Shown: positions 1 through 11,966 of the stretch, piece after piece | How the letters are laid out: each line of letters starts with the position of its first letter | Position numbering within the stretch: position 1 is the stretch's first letter | NCBI GenBank assembly: GCA_964016885.1 | Contig: OZ024758.1 | Span: forward strand, 23,932,001 to 23,996,000 | Origin: Eledone cirrhosa | Taxonomy: Eukaryota | DNA: 64,000 nt | Direction of reading: 5' to 3' | Position numbers and translations under genes: made by a program | The notes under the pieces: model-generated | The model's database searches: none | Told to the model about the DNA's origin: nothing | What the model saw: the letters and a program-made list of their open reading frames with translations, nothing else

Positions 1-37
1 TATATATATCTATATATCTCTCTATATCTATATATCT

Positions 38-233
38 CGAAGGAAATCTGGTAAGGAACCAGGTGGACCATAACGCACCAAAGTACTCAATACTTAGGGT
101 AGTAGAGTGGGTAATAGGAACAAGTAAGACCCCGACGGCTGAGCTCAAGCCGTTTCGACGGCTAATTCTGAGTACAGAATTAGCCGTCGAAACGGCTTGA
201 GCTCAGCCGTCGGGGTCTTACTTGTTCCTATTA
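38..233. mobile_element. (TA)n-associated fold-back repeat, family A copy 1 (probable Penelope-like element end)
   Basis: Unique leader (cgaaggaaat...gagtgggt) followed by a perfect ~59-bp-arm palindrome 112-233 with loop agta. Same family recurs at 11967, 35736, 57566 and 58043, always next to (TA)n. Confidence 0.7.
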
Positions 234-1320
234 TCTATATATCTCTCTCTCTATATATATATATCTATATCTCTCTCTCTCTATATATATATCTATATAT
301 CTCTCTCTCTATATATATATATCTATATATCTCTCTCTCTATATATATATATCTATATATCTCTCTCTCTATATATATATCTATATATCTCTCTCTATAT
401 ATATATCTATATATCTCTCTCTCTATATATATCTATATATCTCTCTCTCTATATATATCTATATATCTCTCTCTCTATATATATCTATATATCTCTCTCT
501 CTATATATATCTATATATCTCTCTCTCTATATATATCTATATATCTCTCTCTCTATATATATCTATATATCTCTCTCTCTATATATATATCTATATATCT
601 CTCTCTCTATATATATCTATATATCTCTCTCTATATATATCTCTCTCTATATATCTCTCTCTATATATCTCTCTCTCTATATATATCTCTCTCTATATAT
701 ATCTCTCTCTATATATATCTCTCTCTATATATATCTCTCTCTATATATATCTCTCTCTATATATATCTCTCTCTATATATATCTCATATATATATATATA
801 GAGATATATATATAGAGATATATATATATATATATAGAGAGAGAGATATATATATCTCTATATATATATCTATATATCTCTCTCTCTCTCTATATATATA
901 TATATCTATATATCTATCTCTATATCTCTATATATCTATCTATCTCTATATCTATCTCTATATATCTATCTATCTCTATATCTATCTATATATATCTATA
1001 TATCTCTATATATCTATCTATCTATATATATCTATATATCTCTATATATCTATCTATCTATATATATCTATATATCTCTATATATCTATCTATCTATATA
1101 TATCTATATATCTCTATATATCTATCTATATATATCTATCTATATATATCTCTATATCTATATATATCTATATCTATCTCTATATCTATATATATCTATA
1201 TCTATCTCTATATCTATATATATCTATATCTATCTCTATATCTATATATATCTATATCTATCTCTATATCTATATATCTATATATCTCTCTCTATATATA
1301 TCTATCTATATATCTCTCTC
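234..1320. repeat. Compound (TA)n/(TC)n/(TATC)n microsatellite
   Basis: Direct inspection. Confidence 0.95.
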
Positions 1321-1321
1321 A

Positions 1322-1418
1322 CATATCAGCACCATAAATTAAACTTAAGGGTCAGTCCACTTGGGGTTCCCATCGGACAGGCTGATGATGACATTGCTCC
1401 GGAGGATGGCAAGTGAAA
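1322..1418 (-). mobile_element. 3' end fragment of CRE-like (RLE) non-LTR element
   Basis: Reverse complement matches the end of the 8875-9101 copy (tcacttgccatcctccggagcaatgtc...cccttaagtttaatttatggtgctgatatg). Confidence 0.7.
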
Positions 1419-1525
1419 TCCCGCCGAGGTTGACTTTGCCTTTCATCCTTACGGGGTCAATAAAATAAAGTACCAGTAATGCACTGTGTAATTGCTGGCC
1501 TTGTGCCAAAAGTAGAAACAATTAT
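1414..1525 (+). mobile_element. tRNA-derived SINE family 1, partial
   Basis: Contains core gactttgcctttcatccttacggggtc-ataaaataaagtaccagt and tail ggccttgtgccaaaagtagaaacaatt. Confidence 0.8.
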
Positions 1526-1572
1526 TATATCTTCTCAGATAAATGATAACAGACACAAAGCTAACTCAGCAA

Positions 1573-2301
1573 ATGAAAAGGCGCCCTGTAATCGTTACCT
1601 TAAAGTTAGTTCATAATGATTTAGAGATGGCTGGCTCCCTGAAAGTTGCACAGTCATTTGTTGTCAAAGCTCGCAAAGAGCTGAAGCCACTGATGAGGAC
1701 TTTACAGCAGTAACCAAACGTAAAACGTTCTGGTAAGGGTCCTAATACCATCAGAACATCCAAATGTGTACCATAAGAACCCGAGAAAGTCAATTAACAC
1801 CATTGCTAGGAAGCTCAAGTTTTCAAGGTACACTAACGGAAGATTTGTTCATGAGGACCTTCGATAAACGCCGTCTGTGAATCGGAGAGGCCAATTCAGG
1901 TCTACAAAGATAAAAGAAAAGCGTATGATCAGGGCAAAAGGCTTGTTGGGCAAGTTGAAACGTCAAAAGCCTGAAATGCTTTGATCATGATCAAAGAAAT
2001 GACAGATGGTTATGCAGAGACACTAAAATGTCCCAACGGTCATGCACACAGTCACCACGACCACACCTCCCTAAACATATGCCCTCCTAGTTATTCAGCT
2101 CTGAATACGTTGGACTCTTCCGTATTGAATGTAGTCGAGAGGGAAGTCAATCGACACCCCTATAACATTATAAAATCTCTAAAGTCTGCTATAAGTAGCC
2201 CAATGTCCAAAATAAATATCATCCGATTCGTATATATCAACTTTTCAGACCTTTTACTAAAGCAGTCAGTCATTGATGATAATGATGGTTTCATTAAGTA
2301 A
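1573..2301 (+). pseudogene. Decayed Tc1/mariner-superfamily transposase (possibly maT/DD37D-like)
   Basis: N-terminal HTH-like MKRRPVIVTLK...LKVAQSFVVKARKEL. C-terminal CPPSYSALNTLDSSVLNVVEREVNRHPYN..SLKSAI resembles the WPPxSPDLNPLDY.VW..VE motif. Interrupted and shortened. Confidence 0.65.
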
Positions 2302-2392
2302 ATGTGCCAATAAGAATCTTAGAAATATTCCTACTGATTTGTTTATTCAAATAAAGCCCTTCTTTTATGACTTATGCATCTTTTACTAAATT

Positions 2393-3185
2393 CTTGTAAA
2401 TGTCCTCAAAGAGCTAGTGACCCTGTATAAGTGTATTAGTTGACCTAATTGACACAGATGCCCATAAGAGAATTATGGAATGTTCAGCTTTCGACTCCGT
2501 CTGCCCTGCTTGTAAATGTCCTCAAAGAACTGAGTGACCCTGTATACGTGTATTAGTTGACCTAATTGACAGATGCCAATCAGAGAATCGTGGAATGTTC
2601 AACTTCCATCTGCCCTGCTTGTAAATGTCCTCAAAGAACTGAGTGACCCTGCATACGTGTATTAGTTGACCTAATTGACATATGCCAATCAGAGAATCGT
2701 GGAATGTTCAACTTCCATCTGCCCTGCTTGTAAATGTCCTCAAAGAACTGAGTGACCCTGCATACGTGTATTAGTTGACCTAATTGACAGATGCCAATCA
2801 GGGAATCGTGGAATGTTCAACTTCCATCTGCCCTGCTTGTAAATGTCCTCAAAGAACTGAGTGACCCTGCATACGTGTATTAGTTGACCTAATTGACAGA
2901 TGCCAATCAGGGAATCGTGGAATGTTCAACTTCCATCTGCCCTGCTTGTAAATGTCCTCAAAGAACTGAGTGACCCTGCATACGTGTATTAGTTGACCTA
3001 ATTGACAGATGCCAATCAGGGAATCGTGGAATGTTCAACTTCCATCTGCCCTGCTTGTAAATGTCCTCAAAGAACTGAGTGACCCTGCATACGTGTATTA
3101 GTTGACCTAATTGACAGATGCCAATCAGGGAATCGTGGAATGTTCAACTTCCGTCTGCCCTGCTTGTAAATGTCCTCAAAGAACT
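2393..3185. repeat. 109-bp tandem repeat, ~7 copies
   Basis: gtgaccctg recurs at 2534, 2643, 2752, 2861, 2970, 3079. A partial unit resumes at 3546-3580 after an insertion. Confidence 0.95.
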
Positions 3186-3545
3186 TCTTTTCGTATCTTC
3201 GAAGCATGTGGTTATATGACAGTTTCCCATTTCTTTACACAGTCCTTTGCATTATTATTAAATTCTGTGAGATCTTTTAAGCTGCACTGGTTGGGTAGTA
3301 GAGGGCAAACAAGGCAGTGCTGCATCGTGTGGTCCTCCTCTCCACATTCGCAGATGGTTAGGCCGGTCTTGTAGCCCCATCTGGCCATAGCAGCTTTTGA
3401 TCGCCCCCATTCCTGTTCTCAGGGGGTTGAGTGTCTTCCACTGGACCCATGGTGCTTCTGAGACAGGAGGGAGTGCTTCAGAAGGGGGGATTCCCATGTC
3501 AATAGGAGGGGGGAGTCATTCTCTAACTTTCTAGTCCTTTGCTGT
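3186..3545 (-). mobile_element. 5'-truncated LINE 3' fragment (Vingi/Ingi-like) inserted in the 109-bp array
   Basis: With one frameshift the minus strand reads WKTLNPLRTGMG/RSKAAMARWGYKTGLTICECGEEDHTMQHCLVCP (C-terminal CCHC). It ends in gatacgaaaagaa. TSD agaact at 3180-3185 and 3546-3551. Confidence 0.75.
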
Positions 3546-3851
3546 AGAACTGAGTAACCCTGATCTAATTGACAGATGCCGTTCAGCTCCCGCCTCCGTC
3601 TCCGTCTGCTCTGCTTTGTACACATACCTTGTCACTGATTACAGACTACGGGTGGAGGCTGGTGTGCAACTGTCTCTCTCCACATTACACATATTACAAT
3701 ATAACCCTTCTACTTCACACAGATATTTTCCAAGGGATTATCAGCAATAGAGGTTAGTGTGAGTAATATTTAACTTGTATTGTTGGGGTTACACAGAGAA
3801 TTAGGCAGGCGTTGCAGATGAATGCAATCCTAGATAAGCAGGATATGATTA

Positions 3852-4497
3852 TTAGTGTACTAATAGTGTCAACTAGTGTACTAACAGAGTCAACTAGTGT
3901 ACTAATAGTTAGTGCCAACTAGTGTACTAATAGTGTCAGCTAGTGTACTAATAGTGTCAACTAGTGTACTAATAGTGTCAACTAGTGTACTAATAGTGTC
4001 AACTAGTGTCAGCTAGTGTACTACTAGTGTCAGCTAGGGTACTAATAGTGTCAACTAGGGTACTAATAGTGTCAACTAGTGTACTAATAGTGTCAACTAG
4101 TGTACTAATAGTGTCAACTAGTGTACTAATAGTGTCAACTAGTGTACTAATAGTGTCAACTAGTGTACTAATAGTGTCAACTAGTGTCAGCTAGTGTACT
4201 ACTAGTGTCAGCTAGGGTACTAATAGTGTCAGCTAGTGTCAGCTAGGGTACTAATAGTGTCAGCTAGTGTCAGCTAGGGTACTAATAGTGTCAGCTAGGG
4301 TACTAATAGTGTCAACTAGTGTACTAATAGTGTCAACTAGTGTACTAATAGTGTCAACTAGTGTACTAATAGTGTCAACTAGTGTACTAATAGTGTCAAC
4401 TAGTGTACTAATAGTGTCAACTAGTGTACTAATAGTGTCAACTAGTGTACTAATAGTGTCAACTAGTGTACTAATAGTGTCAACTAGTGTACTAATA
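3852..4497. repeat. 21-bp minisatellite (actaatagtgtcaactagtgt)n, ~30 copies
   Basis: Direct inspection. Confidence 0.95.
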
Positions 4498-4559
4498 TGA
4501 TTGTAATGTGTTTTCAGGCACCATTACCTTTTTCATATTTTTGTCACACACATGCACAC

Positions 4560-4750
4560 TGTGTGTGAGTGAGGGTGTGTGTGAGTGAGTGAGTGAGTGA
4601 GTGAGGGTGTGTGTGTGTGAGTGAGGGTGTGTCTGAGTGAGTGAGGGTGTGTGTGAGTGAGTGAGGGTGTGTGTGAGTGAGTGAGGGTGTGTGTGAGTGA
4701 GGGTGAGTGAGTGAGGGTGTGTTTGAGGGTGTGTGAGTGAGGGTGTGTGA
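4560..4750. repeat. (GT)/(GAGT) microsatellite
   Basis: Direct inspection. Confidence 0.9.
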
Positions 4751-4889
4751 CTACGTTTACGTGTGTGACTGACTTTATGTTCAATAACTGATCAATGTCA
4801 TACAAAAAGATCAATAAAATAAGTACCAGACTTAAAATAACTAATTTCTGGAGTCGATGTGGCGTCCCATTTTTGATGCAGTCTAAGGG

Positions 4890-5340
4890 TGGAGGATTGG
4901 CAGAATCGGTAGAGCGTCGGACAACATTCTTTGCAGCATAGAGTTACGTCCCTTTACGTTCTGAGTTCAAATTCCGCCGAGGTTAGCTTTGACTCTCATC
5001 CTTACGGAATCGATAAAATAATGTACCAGTAACGCACTGGGGTCGATTCAATCGGACTTCCCACCTCCACCCTCAAACTGCTGGCCTTGAGTTTAAAAGT
5101 AGAAACAATTATTTTGCCTGCAGTTCAAATCCCTCATGTAACGAACTTAGTGCCTAGGATTGGCAGTATCGGTAGAGGGTCGGACGCCATGCTTTCCAGC
5201 ATAGAGTTACGTCCCTTTACGATCTGAGTTCAAATCCCGCCGAGGTTGACTTTGCCTTTCATCCTTACGGGGTCGATAAAATAAAGTACCAGTAATGAAC
5301 TGGGTAATTGCTGGCCTTGTGCCTAAATTAGAAACCAATA
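4890..5340 (+). mobile_element. Two SINE family 1 copies (4890-5112, 5157-5340)
   Basis: A-box-like tggcagNatcgg, B-box gagttcaaatcc, core and tail all present. Confidence 0.85.
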
Positions 5341-5628
5341 TTACTGCAATCCAATGGTTGAACAGAATAACAGAATTTAAAAAAGAACGACAGGTAAGTA
5401 ATCCGTAGATCGATATCGTATTGCTTTCATATCTCACTTATAGGTTTCTTCCTGGCACCTTTCCATTATACATCAATAGCGAAAGTTCTGGCGTTGACTA
5501 TCTATACTTTATTATTGAAATATGTGCAGTAACTCTTTCTCATTGCATTCAGCCATATTGCTTTATGCACTGGAATCGATTGCGAGATTGGCAGCCATAT
5601 TTTATTCAATATTTTGTTATCGCAAGGT

Positions 5629-5825
5629 GAAGGCGTGTGGCTGAGTGGTTAGAGAACTGGATTCGCAATCGTGAGGTTGCGAGTTCGATTCCTGGACCGG
5701 GCGATGCGTTATGTCCTTGAGCAAGACACTTTATTTCACGTTGCTCCTTCTACCTGGAGTTGCAACCGATAGATAGTATTAGCAATTGGAAAGACCAATG
5801 GAAACACTGTTTCCTCGGTCCGATT
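5629..5825 (+). mobile_element. tRNA-derived SINE family 2 (CORE-like central domain)
   Basis: A box tggctgagtgg, B box gagttcgattcc, core tgtccttgagcaagacactt. Near-identical copy at 13792-13990. Confidence 0.8.
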
Positions 5826-6779
5826 TGACGAAAGTCGATCGTTGGGAAAGGTGATGCATTGGAGAAAATGCGTTGCGGAATTTAATGGCGGCTCTTTACG
5901 TTCAGAGTTCAAATCCCGCCAACGCCAACTTTACCTTTCATCCTCCCCGGGATCGATAAAATAAAATACCAGCCATGTGCTTGGGTAGATTTAAACGACT
6001 TTCCAATATTCCAAATTTTCTGGTCTTAGGCCTAAATTAGAAATCAATGTTTTTTTTTTATTAGATATTTTCATATAGATTCTGATCATATCATATATAT
6101 CATATTTTTTCTTCTTTCCTATATTTCCATATTCTTTCTTTCCTTGTGTGTCCCCCCCCTTCTTTTCTTACTAAATAAGGTTTCTTTGTTTTGCATTCAT
6201 TTGATTAAAATCATTATCATAAAAAAAGATAAAATTGTGGGTTGATTTTGTTCTGTATTCTGGGTAAGAGGAAATGGTTTCTAGTGATAGCTTAGAGAAT
6301 TTATAAAAATATCCTCAAATTCCTGTTTTTAAATATTATTATAGATGGCGATAGCTAAGTTAAGGGATGGTGTTGGAGAAATAGTGATGATGGTGTTTGG
6401 TTTAAAATGTTGTCACTTTCTTCTGTCAGCTTCTAAATGTCTTTAGAAGACAGTCTGACGTTATAGGAGTTGGAATATGTATTACAATATCTTTCCAGAC
6501 ATCAAAAGATGCCTGATGTTGAAGATGTTTAGCTGTGAAGTAGTTTAGATCAGGGTTGATTTCGTCCCAGTAATTCTTTGGAGATTTTATATTGCCGACA
6601 GAAGAATTGTCTAGTTTTTCTAGTTTCTTATATCACCAGAAAAGATTTTGCCTAAAATGAAAAGATCAACTGAAGTGATTGAAATACTATCTTCGATAGT
6701 TCTCAATCTTGGCACTACTGTTGAGTCAGCTCTGATAATCGAAGCAAATGTCTACACAGGGAAAACTAGTCTCTCTCTC

Positions 6780-6873
<94 letters not shown>

Positions 6874-6907
6874 CTACACAAGGAAAACTAGTCTCTCTCA
6901 CATGTAT

Positions 6908-7870
6908 TCCATTACTCGTACTTCTCGCCTTCTTCACTACCTCTTCTACGGCCTCGATATGAATACCCCCTCCGCCTCCGTGGTATTTTCTTCGTGGTAA
7001 TAAGAGGCTTAGCTCTGTTTCTCGACCGTTATATCGCGTGACTATCTCCCCCTCCGCCTTTTGGGATTCTTTCTCACGTCGTGTAGACGCGTTCTTGAGA
7101 CTAGTAAAATGAGGTATCCTCTTGATAAGTTGGCAGACCTCGCAAGGACTCTATATCTTTGATATATTGTTTTTGTTTATGCCACGAAACTACGTAGTCG
7201 AGGAATTTAGGAGCAGTTTAGGTATGATACATTTTATTACTAATTATATCTAAATGTTTCTTCTCTCTTCATAATGTATTTTTAACTCTGATACTGGTTC
7301 AGTCTGGTTCAAACTGAATTGGTCTGTCCCAGTCATTCATTGAGCAACATCGGTGAAGTTGGCACCCTTAACTCGCAGTTGGGTGCGGATGCATTCATGT
7401 ATATATGTGTGTGTCCGCATGTATCTGTGTGTTTCTAAATATATTAATAACTCCCTCTGGTCGAGCAATCTTTGAAGTGTGGGGACAACTGGAAAGCTTC
7501 CATTACTCGTACTTCTCGCCTTCTTCACTACCTCTTCTACGGCCTCGATATGAATACCCCCTCCGCCTCCGTGGTATTTTCTTCGTGGTTATAAGAGGCT
7601 TAGCTCTGTTTCTCGACCGTTATATCGCGTGACTATCTCCCCCTCCGCCTTTTGGGATTCTTTCTCACGTCGTGTAGACGCGTTCTTGAGACTAGTAAAA
7701 TGAGGTATCCTCTTGATAAGTTGGCAGTCCTCGCAAGGACTCTATATCTTTGATATATTGTTTTTGTTTATGCCACGAAACTACGTAGTCGAGGAATTTA
7801 GGAGCAGTTTAGGTATGATACATTTTATTACTAATTATATCTAAATGTTTCTTCTCTCTTCATAATGTAT
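6908..7870 (+). mobile_element. ~370-bp direct repeat pair (6908-7280, 7499-7870), Penelope pseudo-LTR-like, with hammerhead-like motifs
   Basis: Copies offset by 591 bp and flanked by (TA)n. Each contains tcctc-TTGATAA-gttggca...tgccac-GAAA-ctacgtag-TC-gagga. Confidence 0.6.
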
Positions 7871-7925
7871 ATATATGTATATATATATATATATATATAC
7901 GTCTACACAGGGAAAACTAGTCTCT

Positions 7926-7984
<59 letters not shown>

Positions 7985-8068
7985 AGGAGGTGAGTTTTAT
8001 TGTAGTACAATAAAGCAATGCAGATATCGGATAAGAAGCACTCTACAGTTTGTAGGACTGGAGTATAC

Positions 8069-8212
8069 ATAATATAAGATCAAAAGATGGTTAAAGGAGT
8101 TCCATGTATTTTATTATGCGCATTTCAAAAACAAACATCATCATGCAATAATATTTGTTTTTGAAATGCGCATAATAAAATACATGGAACTCCTTTAACC
8201 ATCTTTTGATCT

Positions 8213-8220
<8 letters not shown>
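8069..8220. repeat. Fold-back palindrome B next to (TA)n
   Basis: Arms ataatataagatcaaaag...catttcaaaaacaaa and tttgtttttgaaatg...cttatattat. Confidence 0.85.
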
Positions 8221-8251
<31 letters not shown>

Positions 8252-8284
8252 TATGTCTACACAGGGAAAACTAGTCTCTCTCTC

Positions 8285-8338
<54 letters not shown>

Positions 8339-8874
8339 ATATGTATGTATGTATGTGTGTGTGTGAAGAACAAACAAATACACACACATTGAGTGTGAAG
8401 AACAAACAAGTAAGTGTGAAGAACAAACAAGTGAGTGTGAAGAACAAACAAGTGTGTGCGTGTGTTTTTTTTTCTTTTTAAAGATTCTCATATTTCAATT
8501 TATTATCGTTTTATAACATCTATAAGATGAAGGAGCTGATGTTTAAGATAGGAGTAAGGAAACTGTTCCCGTTGCTGACATTATTTGTCGGTCGTACTTC
8601 CTAACAGAGACGTTACTGTTTTCCAGTGACGGCAGACAGGATTTGAACTCAGAATGCTTAGAGACGGACAAATAAGGCAAGGCATCTCGCCAGACGCTAT
8701 TAATTACATCGCCACATCACCGTCTCTCTATTCGATTTATCGATTACGAAAGAATGAAAGGCAGTGTTGACATTGACAGGATTTGAACTCAGATCAGAGC
8801 AAAGCGAAGCTTGAACAAATATCAAAAAGCATTTTTCGACACGCCAACGGCCCTAACTCTGCTAATACACTAAG

Positions 8875-9101
8875 TTGAGCTTGTGGCAGTAGAGACTTCC
8901 GGCATTTTGAGCCCCCGGACCACATCCTTGCTCGCTGCTATCGGTCAGAGCTGGCTAACCGCAAATGCAAACCGCACAAAGTGGAGTGGCTGTTCCAGCG
9001 CGTTTCACTTGCCATCCTCCGGAGCAATGTCTTCATCAGCCTGTCCGATGGAAACCCCGAAGTGGACTGACCCTTAAGTTTAATTTATGGTGCTGATATG
9101 T
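8875..9101 (+). mobile_element. 3' fragment of CRE-like RLE non-LTR retrotransposon
   Basis: With one frameshift it reads ELVAVETSGILSPRTTSLLAAIGQ/LANRKCKPHKVEWLFQRVSLAILRSNV, matching the RLE-LINE C-terminal motif P.AVET.G...LFQRLS.AI.R.N. Confidence 0.75.
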
Positions 9102-9204
9102 GAAGTAAATTTACTTAAGCTGTAGCGACATGGTAACCCAGTCCGGCGTAACACAGTCCGGCGTAATAAGAAAGATCCGTGAGGTTGTCTATATAATCCA
9201 CCTT

Positions 9205-9392
9205 GAATAACCGTTTCTACTTTTGGCACAAGGGGGCCAGCAACTATTCCAGTGCATTACTGGTACTTTATTTTATCGACCTCCGTAAGGATGAAAGGCA
9301 AAGTTAACCTCGGCGGGATTTGAACTCAGAACGTAAAGGGCCATTACTATGCTGTAAAGCATGGTGTCCGACGCTCTACCGATACTGCCAAT
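9205..9392 (-). mobile_element. SINE family 1
   Basis: Reverse complement of the family consensus. Confidence 0.85.
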
Positions 9393-9540
9393 TAAGGTTA
9401 AGTTGCTGAGTAGAAGGTGTTTCTCCTACATATATAACAGAAATAGACAGTCAGGCCGTCATAATTATACGGTCAAATGTTCCAGCAGCTATTTTAAAAC
9501 AGCCCTTTAAGTCTGCAGTTCTATTATTGAGGACGACACG

Positions 9541-10051
9541 CTGTATGTATGTGTGTGTGAGAGAGAGTGTGTGTAAGAGCGTGTGTATGTGAGAGCGTGT
9601 GTGAGAGAGCGTGTGTGAGAGAGCGTGTGTGAGAGAGCGTGTGTGAGAGAGCGTGTGTGAGAGAGCGTGTGTGAGAGAGTGCGTGTGAGAGAGCGCGCGT
9701 GAGAGAGTGCACGTGAGAGAGTGCACGTGAGAGTGTGTGTGAGAGTGTGTGTGTGAGAGTGTGTGTGTGTGAGAGTGTGTGTGTGTGAGAGTGTGTGTGT
9801 GAGAGTGTGTGTGTGAGAGTGTGTGTGTGAGAGTGTGTGTGTGAGAGAGAGTGTGTGTGAGAGTGCGTGTGAGAGAGAGTGCGTGTGAGAGAGAGTGCGT
9901 GTGAGAGAGAGTGCGTGTGAGAGAGAGTGCGTGTGAGAGAGAGTGCGTGTGAGAGTGCGTGTGAGAGTGCGTGTGAGAGTGCGTGTGAGAGTGCGTGTGA
10001 GAGTGCGTGTGAGAGTGCGTGTGAGAGTGCGTGTGAGAGTGTGTGTGTGTG
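9541..10051. repeat. (GA)/(GT)/(GC) compound micro/minisatellite
   Basis: Direct inspection. Bounded by 16-bp direct repeats tattgaggacgacacg. Confidence 0.9.
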
Positions 10052-10339
10052 TATTGAGGACGACACGTTGTATGCATGTATGTGTTCGTATGTACGAGAG
10101 TGCGTGTGCGAGCGTGTATACCTGAGAGCGTGTATACCTCAGAGCGTGTGTATGCGAGTGCATATCCGTGTGCGTGCGTGCGTGCTTATATGCGTGTAAG
10201 TATGTATGCACAGAGTTAAACATCCAGCTACTATTGATACTTAACTTCAGCTGAGTATACTGGAGCAACGTGAAATGAAATGTTTTGCTGAAGAACACAA
10301 CACACAACCCAATCGAGGGGCCAAACCCACGATACCCTT

Positions 10340-10830
10340 ACCACTAAGCCACACGCCATCACATGTGCTACTACAACCCTATTTACCCCATGTTGATATT
10401 ATATTTAGAAAAGTAGCTTTACCACTAGGCCACACGTCACCACCATTCTATATACCCCATGTTGATATTATATTTAGAAAAGTAGCTTTACCACTGGGCC
10501 ACACGTCACCCCCATTCTATATACCCCATGTTGATATTATATTTAGAGAAGTAGCTTTACCACTGGGCCACACGTCACCCCCATTCTATATACCCCATGT
10601 TAATGTTATATTTAGAGAAGTAGCTTTACCACTGGGCCACACGTCACCCCCATTCTATATACCCCATGTTAATGTTATATTTAGAGAAGTAGCTTTACCA
10701 CTGGGCCACACATAACCACCATTCTATATACCCCATGTCTATGTTATATTTATATTTAGCAGATTAGCTTTACTACTGGGCCACACGTGCTACTACCACT
10801 TATATACCCCATATTGATATTATATTTAGA
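10340..10830. repeat. 69-bp tandem repeat, ~7 copies, adjoining a minus-strand SINE family 2 remnant (10220-10360)
   Basis: Unit ttaccactgggccacacgtcacccccattctatataccccatgttgatattatatttagagaagtagct. Confidence 0.9.
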
Positions 10831-11704
10831 AGAGTAGGTTGAAGTACGTAATTTCATAATTTTGTATTCCTGCTAAACATGCTTATAATCTAGTTAGGTG
10901 AAACAAAGCTATATATTTTTTTAAATAAAAGCTATATTTAGATATGACAAGTCAATGGAGAGATTCACGTAAAAACCGGATTGTTTTGTAACTACAGCAT
11001 CAGCAGCATCTGTAAGATAAGTGACATAATTATACACCCACGCGTATTTTTCATTTCTCCCGCTTTCTCTTTTTATACATACATACTTGTGTATATATAT
11101 ATGGCAAATCACTGATGAGGGACTCATTTTATAACATGTTATCCATGTGCAACCATGCAGTATTCTTCTCCCCATATATTTACCTAAACTGCGATTCTGT
11201 GTTTCTCTCTTTCTCTCTTACTGCTCCCTCGTTCTCTCTGTTTCTCTTACTTTCTTTCGTCCCCTCTGTCATGTCAGTTAACACTTTCTCTCTACTGACC
11301 TCTTCCTCGCACTTCCACTCACTCACTCACTGTTTCTTCCCTTCTCACTTGCCCCCGTTCGCTACGAAAACGATTTTCCTTCTTTCTTACATCGGATTCA
11401 CTAGCGAAAGGTCTATTTCTTACTCGCTCATATATTCACCCAGCTTATACTGATAGAATAACTATGTAGCTTGTGTTTCTTTCTATCTTCGGTTAGCTTT
11501 CCCCTGTGTTGTTTACTTGTCTCACTCACTTTACGCGTTTCAATTGTCCTAATAACTTATTTTAGTTATTATTGCACCAACGTGAGGTATATGATTTTTA
11601 ATGCAATGAAATACCAATGATCGTTGGCAAATCACTGATGAGGGACTCATTTTATAACATGTTATCCATGTGCAACCATGCAGTATTCTTCTCCCCATAT
11701 CTTT

Positions 11705-11752
<48 letters not shown>

Positions 11753-11966
11753 GCCGGGTGGTAAATGTTTGCAAAACCTTTATGAAAATGACATTGTAAG
11801 CAATCCTTGAAAGGAATAAACCTTACACGCACACATATATACACACAAATATTACCAGGTGGTGCTGTTAAGTTAGACATGGTCTGGGCCTCTACTGGCC
11901 GAAATCTATCAAAGTTATATATGTAAGTATACATGTATGTATATATATATATATATATATATATAA

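Noticed and set aside
197-1342. 381-aa and 197-aa ORFs
   Set aside because: Translations of (TA)/(TC) microsatellite.
1690-1747. ctgatga-ggac...gtcc as a hammerhead
   Set aside because: Followed by taat rather than GAAA, and it lies within the transposase remnant.
4006-4500. (VLIVSTS)n ORFs
   Set aside because: 21-bp minisatellite translation.
5629-5705. tRNA gene
   Set aside because: A and B boxes are present, but the sequence runs into a SINE core and recurs at 13792. No proper acceptor stem.
9451-10307. His/Thr-rich ORFs
   Set aside because: Dinucleotide-repeat artefacts, open in several frames.
11102-11700. CTGATGA in a 75-bp direct repeat (11102-11177, 11625-11700) as a hammerhead
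   Set aside because: No downstream GAAA or stem III could be found.
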